DNA of 64,000 nt from Terriglobia bacterium (GTDB taxonomy: Bacteria; Acidobacteriota; Terriglobia; Versatilivoradales; Versatilivoraceae), in the NCBI GenBank assembly GCA_951813285.1, contig OX638355.1, positions 2,373,136-2,437,135 of the forward strand, in the 5' to 3' direction. The translations under genes and the position numbers were made by a program. The notes beneath the pieces are model-generated. The model did no database searches and was not told the DNA's origin. It saw only the letters and a program-made list of their open reading frames with translations. How positions within the stretch are numbered: position 1 is the stretch's first letter; each line of letters starts with the position of its first letter. Below are positions 38,466 through 49,056 of the stretch, one piece after another.

Positions 38466-39413
38466 ATGAAAGGTCAAGCCGTTTTGCTGATCGGTTTCGG
38501 GGGACCGACCCGAAGCGAGGAGATCCGTCCCTTTCTGGACAACGTCCTGCGCGGGCGTCCCGTACCCCCGAAACGGATCGAGGAAGTGGCCCACCATTAC
38601 GAATTGATCGGAGGACGGTCTCCCTTCAACGAACTTACCTTCCGCCAGGCGGATGGGCTCAGGAGCCTGCTGGAACGGGAAGGCCCCCCGGTCCCGGTGT
38701 ACGTGGGAATGCGCAACTGGCATCCGCTGCTGGCCGACGTTCTGGAAAAGATGGCCGGAGACGGGGTGGAGCGGGCGGTGGGGGTCATCCTGGCGCCCCA
38801 CCAGGGCGAGGCCAGTTGGGGACGCTATCAGGCCTCGGTTCGGGAGGCCGGGATCGCCGTGCAGGAAAAGCTGGGACGGCCGGCGCCGGCGGTGGACTAT
38901 TGCGAGGCCTGGTTCGACCATCCCGACTTTGTCGGAGCGGTCACCGATCGGGTTCGGCGCCAATGGGAGCGGATTCCGAGCCGGGACCGGCCCCGGACCA
39001 GGCTGCTCTTTACGGCTCACAGCGTCCCCAGCCGCTTCGACAGCCCCTACGTGGACCAGCTTCGGGAGTCCTGCCGGGCGGTAGCTTCGGCCCTGGAGAT
39101 ATCGGAATGGGATCTGGTCTACCAGAGCCGCAGCGGCGGGCCGAGGGATCCCTGGCTGGAGCCGGATGTCTGTGACGTTATCGAGAGCCTGGGCAGAAAA
39201 CAGTGTCCCGGCGTGTTGCTGGCCCCCATCGGATTCGTGTGCGATCACGTGGAGGTTCTCTACGACCTGGACGTCGAGGCTCGGCAAGTGGCCGCCAAGT
39301 GGAAGATGGACTTTTTGCGGGCTCCAACGGTCAACGATCACCCCCGCTTCATCCGGATGCTGGCCGACGTGGTCAGACGGGCTCTCGAGGGTGGGGTGTC
39401 TCGGGGGTTGTAG
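38466..39413 (+). CDS. hemH: Ferrochelatase
   Basis: LLIGFGGP, GMRNWHP, LFTAHSVP, YQSRSG..WLEP, PIGFVCDHVEVLYDLD. Confidence 0.95.
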   Translation: MKGQAVLLIGFGGPTRSEEIRPFLDNVLRGRPVPPKRIEEVAHHYELIGGRSPFNELTFRQADGLRSLLEREGPPVPVYVGMRNWHPLLADVLEKMAGDGVERAVGVILAPHQGEASWGRYQASVREAGIAVQEKLGRPAPAVDYCEAWFDHPDFVGAVTDRVRRQWERIPSRDRPRTRLLFTAHSVPSRFDSPYVDQLRESCRAVASALEISEWDLVYQSRSGGPRDPWLEPDVCDVIESLGRKQCPGVLLAPIGFVCDHVEVLYDLDVEARQVAAKWKMDFLRAPTVNDHPRFIRMLADVVRRALEGGVSRGL

Positions 39414-39594
39414 TCCGCGATTTCTCTTACGGGACGCCGCGTCTGCCCCCCTCCGGATCGACTGCGGGCTGCGCCCTTGTCCGACTCCCCCTCAAGGGGG
39501 GAGTGATACTTGAGGCCTGCATATGACGCTCGCCGACTTCCCTCAAGGGGGGAGTGATTAGGATTGCGGGGTGAATAAAGCTTCAGACACCCCC
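39393..39594. mobile_element. MITE-like element overlapping the hemH 3' end
   Basis: Ends GGGGTGTCT / AGACACCCC; two internal CCCTCAAGGGGGGAGTGAT hairpins. Confidence 0.6.
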
Positions 39595-39644
39595 AATAGG
39601 GGAATCCCACCACCACTCGCCAATCGACAATCAGAAATCAGCAA

Positions 39645-39854
39645 TCAACAATTCTTTGTTTTGACCTTGGACCGATCAACCTTGCCTGATCGCCTGGCGG
39701 GGGAAACCTTGGCCGCTTCGGAGTGGTGTTCGGTGTGCTCGGCCAGGGTTGACGAGGCGGCAGGCGTCTTCTTTCCTTCCTTGGCAATCGCCGCGAATTC
39801 CTGCGACAATTTCTTCAGCCTGTCGATCTGGCTCTTGGTGAGTGTGCCGGCCAT
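39645..39854 (-). CDS. Small basic hypothetical protein
   Basis: 69-aa ORF with amphipathic N-terminal helix and EHTEHH; co-oriented with the DUF692 cluster. Confidence 0.45.
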   Translation of the reverse strand: MAGTLTKSQIDRLKKLSQEFAAIAKEGKKTPAASSTLAEHTEHHSEAAKVSPARRSGKVDRSKVKTKNC

Positions 39855-39935
39855 GGTGTGAGCGGGTGGAAATGCAATGCGCCGGTCGGCCTTCGCCTGG
39901 GCTTGGCAAGGGCCGGCACTTCGGTCTGAGGCGGG

Positions 39936-40775
39936 CTATGCCGGATCTTCGAGCTCAACCGCCTGAAACAGTCCTTCGGTCACCCAGCCGCGGAACCAGG
40001 AGAAGAGCTGCACCTCTCCAACCGGCTGGCGCCCCCCTTTCAAAACGCTGCTCAATGCGTCTCCAAGCGGAACGCCGCTGACCAGAGCATGCAGAAGCCT
40101 GTAGGCGGGACGGGACAGATCCAGCCAGCGGAGCGCGTATTGACGCCTGTAAACCACCGCCCAGTGGTTCTTGCGCCGGGTACCGGGGCAGGTCTTGCCC
40201 TGGCGCACCGCCTCCAGGTAGGCTCCCACCGGGTAGCGAAGCACCTCCACCGAAAGGGCCGCGATGGGTTTGAGACGGGCTGTCTCCCAGCTTTCCGGGG
40301 GTACCGCGGCGATGGCTTCGGGGGTGAGGACCGGTGATTCCTCAGCGTCGAACAGTCGACTCATCAACAGCTCAAAGCGAGCCAGCTCGTGGAGGAAGTC
40401 CTGCCGCACTATCCCGGGACTGCTCCGGATATAGTCGGGGAGACGATCTCCCAGGCGGTTCAAGGTATAGCTCCGGGAGGGATAGCGGTCGACATAGCCC
40501 CTGACCAGCTCGGAGAAGCGCTTCCGACCCAGAAAATGAAGCAGCCCGGGAAAGTCGGCCTCCAAGGCTTCCTGCAAGCGGGCCAGGTACATGCCGCGGT
40601 AGATGCCGATTCGGTCGAAGGAATCCAGCGTGCGGGATGGCCTTATCAGGCGTGGAAACTGGCTCGCCGGCACTAGCTTGCGGGCTTTCGGGGAAGCCAC
40701 CGCCTCGCGATCGGAGCCCGGATGCAGAATGACCGCCTGCATCCATTGCTGGGTGTTGCCCAGATCAGGTGCCAT
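39936..40775 (-). CDS. DUF2063-type MNIO partner protein
   Basis: RIGIYRGMYLARL.EAL..DFP, YPSRSYTL..LG, ELARFE; overlaps the DUF692 stop. Confidence 0.88.
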   Translation of the reverse strand: MAPDLGNTQQWMQAVILHPGSDREAVASPKARKLVPASQFPRLIRPSRTLDSFDRIGIYRGMYLARLQEALEADFPGLLHFLGRKRFSELVRGYVDRYPSRSYTLNRLGDRLPDYIRSSPGIVRQDFLHELARFELLMSRLFDAEESPVLTPEAIAAVPPESWETARLKPIAALSVEVLRYPVGAYLEAVRQGKTCPGTRRKNHWAVVYRRQYALRWLDLSRPAYRLLHALVSGVPLGDALSSVLKGGRQPVGEVQLFSWFRGWVTEGLFQAVELEDPA

Positions 40776-41625
40776 AGGCTCTCTTGAGGTCCGGCTCGGG
40801 AAGGCCGCGGTGCCGGCGGGCTTTCAAGGCTTCGGCGTGAACCACCTCAAAGCTGGGAATGTTCTCGTCCCACTCCAGCAGGGTTGCCACCCCGCCGGTT
40901 CTCCGGCAGGAGCGTCGATAGAGGGACCAGACTTCGTCGATGACGTAATCGCTGTGGGTGTCCAGAATGTGGGTTCCCTTGTGGGTGTGTCCGGCCAGGT
41001 GATACTGAACGACACGGTCGGCCGGGACGCGGTCGATGAAGGCGTCCGGGTCCAGGCCGTGGTTGAAGCAGCTGACGTAGACGTTGTTCACGTCCAGCAG
41101 TATCCCGCAGTCGGCCTCCTGGGCCAGGGTGGACAGAAAGTCGACTTCGCTCCAGGTCGAGGTCCCGAACTCCAGGTAGGTCGAGGGATTCTCCAGCACC
41201 AGGGGACGCTCCAGGATTTCGGAAACCGCCTTCACCCGTTCGATGGTGTAGCGCAGGGATTCGTCGGTGTAGGGCATCGGCAGCAGGTCGTGGACGTTGA
41301 TGCCGCTCACGCCGGTCCAGCAGAGGTGGTCGGAGACCCAGTGGGCCCTGGTACGGTCGGCCAAAGCCTTCAGTTTCTTCAGATAGTCCAGGTTCAAGGG
41401 GTCGGTGCTTCCCACCGACATGGAAACGCCGTGGAGCACGACCGGGTAGCGTTCCGCCACCTGGTCCAGCACGTAGAGCGGCCGTCCTCCCGTATCCATG
41501 TAGTTCTCCGACAGGACTTCGAACCAGTCGATGGGGGGATGGTTGGCGAGAATATAGCTGTAGTGGACGGTGCGGAGACCGATTCCAAACCCCAGGTCGG
41601 GCAAATTCCATCGGTTCCTGCCCAT
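40765..41625 (-). CDS. DUF692 multinuclear non-heme iron oxidative enzyme (MNIO)
   Basis: GIGLR..H, FEVLSENYM, HGVSMSVG, SDHLCW, LENPSTY, LLDVNNVYV, HLAGH, DTH, LLEWD. Confidence 0.96.
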   Translation of the reverse strand: MGRNRWNLPDLGFGIGLRTVHYSYILANHPPIDWFEVLSENYMDTGGRPLYVLDQVAERYPVVLHGVSMSVGSTDPLNLDYLKKLKALADRTRAHWVSDHLCWTGVSGINVHDLLPMPYTDESLRYTIERVKAVSEILERPLVLENPSTYLEFGTSTWSEVDFLSTLAQEADCGILLDVNNVYVSCFNHGLDPDAFIDRVPADRVVQYHLAGHTHKGTHILDTHSDYVIDEVWSLYRRSCRRTGGVATLLEWDENIPSFEVVHAEALKARRHRGLPEPDLKRAYGT

Positions 41626-41744
41626 AAGGGACCTCCTGTTCCGACGCACGGACTCGCCCGGCATCCCGCTTCCCGGCCGCGGAGTCGTGGGCAGCACCCG
41701 GCGGTCGGAAAAGTCGGGAGACCGGTTGGTCCTGGAGAGTCAGA

Positions 41745-42119
41745 CTATTTCTTCTTTTCGGTCCCGTGAACGGGAACGGCGCAGCCGCCCTTGCCCTTGC
41801 AGGAATTCTTGCCGGCGCAGCCGTTGTCGCCACTGCCGCAGCCGCCCTGGCCCTTGCACTCGTTCTGACCCTTGCAGGCGTGCTTGGCCACGGTGGCGCA
41901 GCCACCCTTGCCCTTGCAGGAATTCTTGCCGGCGCAGCCATTGTCGCCGCTGGCGCAGCCACCCTGGCCCTTGCACTGGTTACGGCCCTTGCAGACGTGC
42001 TTGGACTTCTTGTCTTCATCGGCCAACAACAGCGAATCCGTTTGGCTGACCGTTTTGGAACCCGCCACCATGCCGGCCACCGCGGCTCCCATGACCTGAG
42101 TGAATTTTCTTCGATCCAT
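41745..42119 (-). CDS. Cys-rich RiPP precursor (bufferin BufA2-like) with twin-arginine leader
   Basis: MDRRKF leader and four CxGxNxCKGxGGC units in a 39-aa tandem duplication; AAGGAGG RBS. Confidence 0.85.
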   Translation of the reverse strand: MDRRKFTQVMGAAVAGMVAGSKTVSQTDSLLLADEDKKSKHVCKGRNQCKGQGGCASGDNGCAGKNSCKGKGGCATVAKHACKGQNECKGQGGCGSGDNGCAGKNSCKGKGGCAVPVHGTEKKK

Positions 42120-42446
42120 TGAGGAATCCTCCTTGAGGATGGGTGCGAACGTCATCTCCATAGCGATCCGACGAGCCATGCCCGCCGGTCAACTGGTACT
42201 TTCGAGAGAGCCAGAATATAGCCCAACCTCCCGGAAAAATCAAAGCTCGCTCTTCGCCGATAGAGCGGGGATGCCCAACTGCCGTGCCTGTCTTGCTGGA
42301 CCGGCGGCATGGACAACTGCAGGCGTTCGCCAGTTGGTTCGAGGCCTCTGCGTTTGATCCCCGGGTGCCCGGTTACTGTGGTATAGTCCCCGGCGTTTGA
42401 GGCAAGGTTTCCTGTGTCGGGGTCACCACCCGGGAGGTCAGAGGTC

Positions 42447-43496
42447 ATGTTCGAGACCATCGCATGGAGCGACGAAGGCGTGGTCATGATCGACCAGCGG
42501 AAGTTGCCGGCGGTCGAAGAGTACCCGGTGTTCAAGACCTACCAGGAAGTGGCGCAGGCAATCAGGGACATGGTCATTCGAGGCGCGCCGGCGATTGGAG
42601 TCGCCGCTGCCATGGGAGTGGCGCTGGGGGCCGAGTCCGTCAAGTCCCATGAGCCGGAGCGGTTTGACCAGGAGTTTCAAGCCATATGCGGGACTCTGGC
42701 GGCGACCCGGCCCACGGCAGTGAATTTGTTCTGGGCCATCGAACGGATGAAGGGGGTCTACCGGCGGAAAAGGTCCCAGGGGCCGCTGGCCGTGGCTGCC
42801 GCCCTCAAGGCGGAGGCCCTGAGCATCCACGACGAGGATATTCGACTCAACCGGCGCATGGGGAGCCACGGGGCCGGTCTTATCCAGGACGGATCCCGGA
42901 TTCTGACCCATTGCAATGCCGGCGCCCTGGCGACCGCCGGCTACGGCACGGCTCTGGGAGTCATTCGGGCCGCGGTGGAGCAGGGCAAGAGAGTGGAGGT
43001 GCTGGCGGATGAGACGCGGCCTTTCCTGCAGGGAGCCCGCTTAACCGTTTGGGAGTTGCAGAAGGACAATATCCCGGTCACCCTGATCACCGACAACATG
43101 GCGGGGTATTACATGAAAGAGGGCCAGGTGGACTGCGTCGTCGTTGGAGCCGACAGGATCGCAGCCAACGGAGACGTCGCCAACAAGATCGGCACCTATT
43201 CGGTCGCCGTGCTGGCCCGGGAGCACGAGATCCCCTTCTACGTGGCGGCGCCCCTCTCGACGGTCGACCTGGACGTTTCCACGGGCGACGAGATCCCCAT
43301 CGAGCAGCGCTCCCCGCGAGAAGTGACCCACCTGGGCGAAAGGGCCATTGCTCCTCAGGGAGCCCCCGCCGGAAACCCCGCCTTTGACGTGACCCCTCAC
43401 CGCTACGTGGCGGCCATCATCACCGACGCCGGAGTTGCCCGGCCTCCCTTTCTGGAGAATCTGAGAGCTCTGAAAGACCGGGGAGGTCTTACCTGA
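42447..43496 (+). CDS. mtnA: Methylthioribose-1-phosphate isomerase
   Basis: [58 protein letters not shown]. Confidence 0.97.
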   Translation: MFETIAWSDEGVVMIDQRKLPAVEEYPVFKTYQEVAQAIRDMVIRGAPAIGVAAAMGVALGAESVKSHEPERFDQEFQAICGTLAATRPTAVNLFWAIERMKGVYRRKRSQGPLAVAAALKAEALSIHDEDIRLNRRMGSHGAGLIQDGSRILTHCNAGALATAGYGTALGVIRAAVEQGKRVEVLADETRPFLQGARLTVWELQKDNIPVTLITDNMAGYYMKEGQVDCVVVGADRIAANGDVANKIGTYSVAVLAREHEIPFYVAAPLSTVDLDVSTGDEIPIEQRSPREVTHLGERAIAPQGAPAGNPAFDVTPHRYVAAIITDAGVARPPFLENLRALKDRGGLT

Positions 43497-44190
43497 AACA
43501 AACGAAAAAAGACAAAAGAAAAAAGAGCTATCCACGAAGGGCCACTAAGAACGACGAAGGGCCACTAAGGCGTTGAGGTTAACCGCGACGGGATGCCAAG
43601 GTCGCGAAGGGATTTTCGATTTCTGATTGTTTCACTCTCGTATGATCCGCCCGGTACGGCGGGGGCTGGGCTCGCGGACAAACCGGAGTTTTCCAGAAGG
43701 CGACCGTCGGCTTTCAGAGAATTCGCCCGCCGGATGCCCTCCATCGCACCATCGGGACGACCCACCCGGGAGCGCGGGCGTCTCGCCCGCACAGGACTTG
43801 GCACCATTGTAACGATCCCCACAATGGCCGGTTTGGTGCACTGTGCGAGGAAGTGGCCCTGCATCGCAGGCTGTTTGCACCAATAAGGTTGCGGGCGGGA
43901 CGCCCGCGCTCCCGGGGGGGCATTCTCCCATGACGCCGTGATACCCACGTCACAATATTGCAGAAGCACCCGGGCGCCGCTCGTCATTGAAGGAGCTCCA
44001 TCCCTAATCGTCCCCATTCGTGTTCATTGGTGGTTCGTCTTCATTGCCAAAACGAAAACGGCTGGCTGTTTATCCTGTCTATCCTGTACATCCATGTTCA
44101 ATAAGTAGAAAACCGGTTTTGCACGACAGGGCCCTTGTTCCCGACAGGGCATGAAGATGCGTTGTTTCACTCTCGTATGATCCGCCCGGC
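43493..44190 (+). repeat. Large intergenic composite repeat, longest copy
   Basis: Near-identical to 50296-50857 and to the reverse complement of 63320-63855; contains a GGGAGCGCGGGCGTCTCGCCCGC REP-type inverted pair. Confidence 0.92.
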
Positions 44191-44228
44191 AGGGTGGGGG
44201 TTGGACTCGCTATTTCCCCGGGGAATGC

Positions 44229-44642
44229 TCAGTCCAGGCCCTCGAAGTCCTTGATCTGTTGCCGCATCGTCTCGGGAATGGGGACCGTCCGTCCGCTCTT
44301 CCTGTCGAAACAGGCTTGCACCGACAGGCCGTCGGCGATCAGACGCCCGCTCCGACTCTCGATCAGGCGGTATTCGAAGGTGAAGCTGGAATTCCCCAGG
44401 GCCGAGACGCGTGCGGCGATGTCGATGGTCTCTCCCAGAAGCGCCGGGGAGCGGTAGTTGCATTCCGTCCGCACCATCACGAAACCCCAGTCATCGGGGG
44501 GAGGAAGGCCGAACAGACGCTTCCAGTATCGGGTTCGAACGATCTCGAAATAGGTGAGGTAGACGGCGTTGTTGACGTGGCCCAGCGCGTCCAGATCTCG
44601 AAAACGGATCTCCAGGGCGGTGGTGAAGCGAAAGGATGGCAT
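44229..44642 (-). CDS. Acyl-CoA thioesterase (4HBT/YbgC family)
   Basis: IRFRDLDALGHVNNAVYLTYFE. Confidence 0.93.
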   Translation of the reverse strand: MPSFRFTTALEIRFRDLDALGHVNNAVYLTYFEIVRTRYWKRLFGLPPPDDWGFVMVRTECNYRSPALLGETIDIAARVSALGNSSFTFEYRLIESRSGRLIADGLSVQACFDRKSGRTVPIPETMRQQIKDFEGLD

Positions 44643-44736
44643 CAGCTGGCAGTCGTCGGTTCTTCCGAGAGGTCGTGAAAGCCCGGGAAGAGGTCAACTC
44701 GGTATTTCGTCGAGCGAACTCCCTTAGTCCTCGGCT

Positions 44737-45825
44737 TCACTCAAAGGGATACTGAGTCACCTCGGCATCGGTCCGCGCGCCGCCGTTCTCCACTCCGACG
44801 GTGGTGCCGGGATCCCAGGCCTCCTTGCGGACATAAGCCAGGGCGATGGCTCGCCCTAGCCTGGGAGAGTAGGCGCTACCCGTAACCCAGCCCACCTCCT
44901 TCCCGGCACGGAATATCTTGTCTCCCCCGTGGGCGGGCTTACCGGATGACAGGAGGAGGCCCATGAGCTTGCGATTGACCTGCCCGCGGAAGGTGGACCG
45001 GGCGACGACTTCCTGGCCGATATAACACCCCTTGCTATAGCTGATGGCCTCTTCCATGCCGGCCTCCAGGGGTATGCGGGCTTCGTCCATGTCGGTCCCG
45101 TACCAGGCGATTCCCGCCTCGAGCCGGTGGATGTTCCAGGCTTCAAGGCCCACCGGCTGAAGGCCGGCCGGCTCTCCCGACTGTAGCAGGAGGTTCCAGA
45201 GATCGACTGATTGGGCTTCGGGCACAATGAGATCGTAGCCTCCCGAGCCGGTTCGCCGCATGCGGATACAGCGGGCCGGCAGGTTCCCGAATTGAACGAG
45301 ACGGTGTTCGAAGGGAGCCTCGGGCAGGGACTGTCCAGGACACAGCCTGGACAGGGCCTCGGAGGCCTTGGGTCCTTGCAGCGAAAGAACAGTCAGGTCG
45401 GCCGACCGGTCGATGATCTCGACCTGATCCGCAATAATGTACTTCCTCAATAGAGCCAGGTCCTTCTCCATGAGGTCGGCTTCGACCATCAGCATCAGGG
45501 CCTCCTCCAGGCAGAGGACCCGCATGTCGGTGAGGATCCGCCCCTGGGGAGTGAGCATGAGCGCATAGCAGCCCTGTCCGGGTGAGAGATTCCGGATGTC
45601 GTTGGTGACCATTCCGTGGAGAAAACGCGATCGATCCCTGCCCCTCAGCTCGGCCACGCTTTGAAGCGACAGGTCGAGAAGACCAGCCTCGCGTCCCAAG
45701 GCGGCGTACTCCTCTTCCAGAGAACTGAAGCGGCTCGGGACCTCCCGGTCCCGAAATTCCACGAAATCCGCTCCCGCGTCCCGCTGAGTCTCAAAAAGGG
45801 GAGATCGCTTGGGCATGATCCTCAA
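44737..45825 (-). CDS. YgfZ/GcvT-like folate-binding protein
   Basis: [26 protein letters not shown]. Confidence 0.92.
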   Translation of the reverse strand: MRIMPKRSPLFETQRDAGADFVEFRDREVPSRFSSLEEEYAALGREAGLLDLSLQSVAELRGRDRSRFLHGMVTNDIRNLSPGQGCYALMLTPQGRILTDMRVLCLEEALMLMVEADLMEKDLALLRKYIIADQVEIIDRSADLTVLSLQGPKASEALSRLCPGQSLPEAPFEHRLVQFGNLPARCIRMRRTGSGGYDLIVPEAQSVDLWNLLLQSGEPAGLQPVGLEAWNIHRLEAGIAWYGTDMDEARIPLEAGMEEAISYSKGCYIGQEVVARSTFRGQVNRKLMGLLLSSGKPAHGGDKIFRAGKEVGWVTGSAYSPRLGRAIALAYVRKEAWDPGTTVGVENGGARTDAEVTQYPFE

Positions 45826-47270
45826 CCGTCCAACCTGGTTCTCAACAGTTCATTGACCAACCGCGGATTGGCCTGCCCTCTGGTGGCCTTCATGACCTGG
45901 CCCACAAAGAAGCCGAAGGTGGCCTTCTTCCCGCCCTTGTACTGTTCATGGATTCTGGGATTGGCCGCAAGGACTTCTTCAATCACGGCTGTGATCGCAT
46001 CGGGATCGGTGATCTGCTTCAGGCCCTTTTCACGGATCACCTTCCCGGCGGTCTTCTTCTCCCGAAACATGACCTCGAAGATATCCTTGGCCATCTTGCC
46101 CGAGATCTCTTTGCTGTCGATGCAACCTATCAATTCAGCCAATTGGAGCGGGCCGACCGGAGAAGACTCGATGTCGAGATTGAACTCCTTGAGGTCCCGC
46201 AACAGATCTCCCATGATCCAGTTGGAAGCAGCCTTGGGATTGCGGGATCGGTCGGTGGTTTCTTCGAAGAAATCGGCCAGGGCGCGCGTGGTGGTGAGCA
46301 CGCCGGCGTCGTAGTCCGGAATCGCGTACTGGTCCACGAACCGCTGCTTTTTCTCTTCGGGCAACTCCGGCATGTCGGCACGAATTCGACCCTGCCAATC
46401 GGTGTCCACCACCAGAGGAGGCAGGTCGGGTTCGGGGAAATAGCGGTAGTCGTGAGCCTCCTCCTTGCTGCGCATGGGGAAGGTGCGTTGCTCGGTTGTG
46501 CTCCAGAGGCGGGTTTCCTGGGTGACGGTTCCTCCTTGCTGCAAGAGGCGGGTCTGGCGGCCGATCTCATATTCCAGCGCCTTCTGAAGGAATCGGAAGC
46601 TGTTCAGGTTTTTCAGCTCGGTCTTGGTTCCGAGGGTGCCTGAACCGGCCGGGCGAATCGACACGTTGGCGTCGCAGCGGAGACTACCCTCTTCCATGTT
46701 GCCGTCGCAGACTTGCAGGTATTCGAGAATAACCTTCAGGCGGGTGAGGTAGTCGTGGGCCTGGGCCGGCGAATAGATCTCAGGCTCGCTGACGATTTCC
46801 ATCAGTGGGGTGCCGCTCCGGTTCAAGTCGATATAACTGTAGCGATCGGAATCGGCAAATCCGTCGTGGATGGATTTGCCGGCATCTTCTTCCAGATGGA
46901 CCCTCTTGATCGCCACCCGATGGCGATGGCCGTTCTCGTCGAGATCGAGGTGTCCGAACTCTGCCAGGGGTTTGTCGAATTGGGAGATCTGGTAGCCCTT
47001 GGGAAGATCGGGATAGAAATAATTCTTGCGTGCAAAAATCGAAAGGGAATTGATGCGGCAGTTGAGCGCCATTGCCGCTATGGCGGCCATGACAACGGCC
47101 TCGCGATTGAGCACCGGAAGAGCTCCGGGCAGACCCAGACAGACCGGACAGGTATTGGTATTGGGAGGGGCTCCGAATTGGGTCGGGCAGGAGCAGAAGA
47201 TCTTGGTTCGAGTCCGCAGTTGGGCGTGAACCTCGAGGCCAATGACGGCTTCATAGGTCATAGGGGTCAT
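45822..47270 (-). CDS. gatB: Asp/Glu-tRNA amidotransferase subunit B
   Basis: [43 protein letters not shown]. Confidence 0.99.
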   Translation of the reverse strand: MTPMTYEAVIGLEVHAQLRTRTKIFCSCPTQFGAPPNTNTCPVCLGLPGALPVLNREAVVMAAIAAMALNCRINSLSIFARKNYFYPDLPKGYQISQFDKPLAEFGHLDLDENGHRHRVAIKRVHLEEDAGKSIHDGFADSDRYSYIDLNRSGTPLMEIVSEPEIYSPAQAHDYLTRLKVILEYLQVCDGNMEEGSLRCDANVSIRPAGSGTLGTKTELKNLNSFRFLQKALEYEIGRQTRLLQQGGTVTQETRLWSTTEQRTFPMRSKEEAHDYRYFPEPDLPPLVVDTDWQGRIRADMPELPEEKKQRFVDQYAIPDYDAGVLTTTRALADFFEETTDRSRNPKAASNWIMGDLLRDLKEFNLDIESSPVGPLQLAELIGCIDSKEISGKMAKDIFEVMFREKKTAGKVIREKGLKQITDPDAITAVIEEVLAANPRIHEQYKGGKKATFGFFVGQVMKATRGQANPRLVNELLRTRLDG

Positions 47271-47355
47271 GGGATCTTGTGGATGCGGCTAATGACGAGT
47301 TTCTATGGGTTGAGTACTGCTCGGGTATGAGGAGCGCGACCGGGAGCCGGATGAT

Positions 47356-48939
47356 TTATTTTCCCTGCTTCTTGACCAGCAAGTCAGGATCGACCGGGTC
47401 ACGGCTGATAAGTGCCTTGGCCTGAGGAAGCACCTCGAGGGCCTTGGCGAATTGGGGGTCGTTCTCCAGGAAAACCTTGTGAGCTTCAGCTTGACCCACC
47501 CGAGAGAGGAAGTATTCGTAGCGCATCTGGAACTTGATGAAGTCCAGGTTGTCCGTAAAGTCGCTTTCCTTGAAGACGAGCTTCTGGCTGGTCAGATAAG
47601 TCCGGAACTCTTCCAGAATTTCAGGCGTCGTCTGGAATTTCCGGTCCACCGTGGGATGGTTGGCATTATAGGTGCGGATGAAGCTGAAAATCATTCCCTT
47701 GCTGGTGAGCAGCAACTGGAATTCATTGATCTTATTGGGTTTGACCTGGAAATCCGGAGTGATGCCGCCCCCCCCGTAAACCTCACGGCCGCTGTCGGTT
47801 TTGTAGACCTGCCTTTTCTCGGGATCCTTGTTTCTGGCGTAGTAATAGTCGATATAGGACTGGTTGGCGTAATCTCTCTGGATGAGCCGGCCACTGGGAG
47901 TGTGCCACTTGGCGGTGGTGAGGGAGACTCCTGCGCCGTTGTCGAGGGGATAGACTGTCTGAACCAATCCCTTGCCGAAACTGACCTCGCCGACCAACAT
48001 GCCGCGATCATGGTCCTGGATGGCCCCGGCCACGATTTCGGAAGCGCTGGCGCTGCCGGTATTGATGAGCACCACCAGGGGGAACCGAACGCCCCCCGAT
48101 CCTCTGGGAGCTTCGTAGGACTGCTTGGCGCTCGCCGTGCGTCCATCGGTAATCAAGACCTTCTGGCCCTTCTCCAGGAATTTGTCCGCCACCTGAATGG
48201 CCGCCTGCAGGTACCCTCCGGGATTGAACCTCAGGTCAAAAATCAGACCCTTCAGATCCGTTCCCAGTTCTTCCAGGCTTTCTTGAACTTCCCTGTTGGT
48301 GGTCTCGTTGAAAGTGCTGAGCTTGATGTAACCGATGCCGGGGCGGAAAAAGAAGGCGAAGGGGACACTGTGATGGGGGATTTCATCGCGGATGACCGCC
48401 ATATCCAGCAATTTCGGTATTCCGGCTCGGTCTATGGAGATGTTGACCACCGTTCCCTTGGGGCCCCGCAGCTTTTCCACGACTTCCTGAATGTCCAGTC
48501 CCTCGGTCGGACTCCCTTCAATCCTGGCAATGACGTCCCCGGAGCGTATGCCCAGGCGATATGCGGGGGTCCCGGGAATCGGCGTTATGACGGTGGGCTT
48601 GGCATTCTTCATGGAGATGATGATGCCCAGCCCATAGAAATTTCCTCGCTGGTCTTCCCGGAATTGGGCGAACTGCTTGGCGTCAAAGAAGTTGGAATGC
48701 GGGTCCAGCGTCTTCAGCATGCTTCGCAGGGAGGCGTGGACGCTCTTTTCAACGTTGATTTCGTCGGCGTAGTACTTCTCGGCCAGATCGAGTACCTGGG
48801 AGTAGACGTTGACCAGGTGTTCACGGACGTTGGACTGGGCGGTCGCTTGTACCGGCCTCCCCCAGAATCCTCCAACCAGGGAGGCGATAACGATCACGGT
48901 AACGACCGTGGTCCAGGAACGAAGTCTTTGCATACCCAC
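47356..48939 (-). CDS. S41 carboxyl-terminal protease
   Basis: LDPHS, PDZ domain, DLRFNPGG, SASASEIVAGA, FGKGLVQ. Confidence 0.96.
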   Translation of the reverse strand: MGMQRLRSWTTVVTVIVIASLVGGFWGRPVQATAQSNVREHLVNVYSQVLDLAEKYYADEINVEKSVHASLRSMLKTLDPHSNFFDAKQFAQFREDQRGNFYGLGIIISMKNAKPTVITPIPGTPAYRLGIRSGDVIARIEGSPTEGLDIQEVVEKLRGPKGTVVNISIDRAGIPKLLDMAVIRDEIPHHSVPFAFFFRPGIGYIKLSTFNETTNREVQESLEELGTDLKGLIFDLRFNPGGYLQAAIQVADKFLEKGQKVLITDGRTASAKQSYEAPRGSGGVRFPLVVLINTGSASASEIVAGAIQDHDRGMLVGEVSFGKGLVQTVYPLDNGAGVSLTTAKWHTPSGRLIQRDYANQSYIDYYYARNKDPEKRQVYKTDSGREVYGGGGITPDFQVKPNKINEFQLLLTSKGMIFSFIRTYNANHPTVDRKFQTTPEILEEFRTYLTSQKLVFKESDFTDNLDFIKFQMRYEYFLSRVGQAEAHKVFLENDPQFAKALEVLPQAKALISRDPVDPDLLVKKQGK

Positions 48940-49006
48940 CTCTTAACCTGGCCCCAATATAGCATCGGCCTCCAATCGAAGTAAAGCCTCAAACAGGAAG
49001 CCCGCC

Positions 49007-49035
49007 TTGACTTGTACCCCCGCTCCAATTATGAT
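49007..49035 (+). promoter_or_regulatory. Sigma70-type promoter for tatAC
   Basis: TTGACT-N17-TATGAT. Confidence 0.6.
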
Positions 49036-49056
49036 TCGGTACGTTTGGAGGAACGA

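Noticed and set aside
43565..44017. Repeated ORFs in the large intergenic repeat (also ~50377-50828 and 63530-63936)
   Set aside because: Identity comes from the non-coding repeat; starts and frames differ between copies
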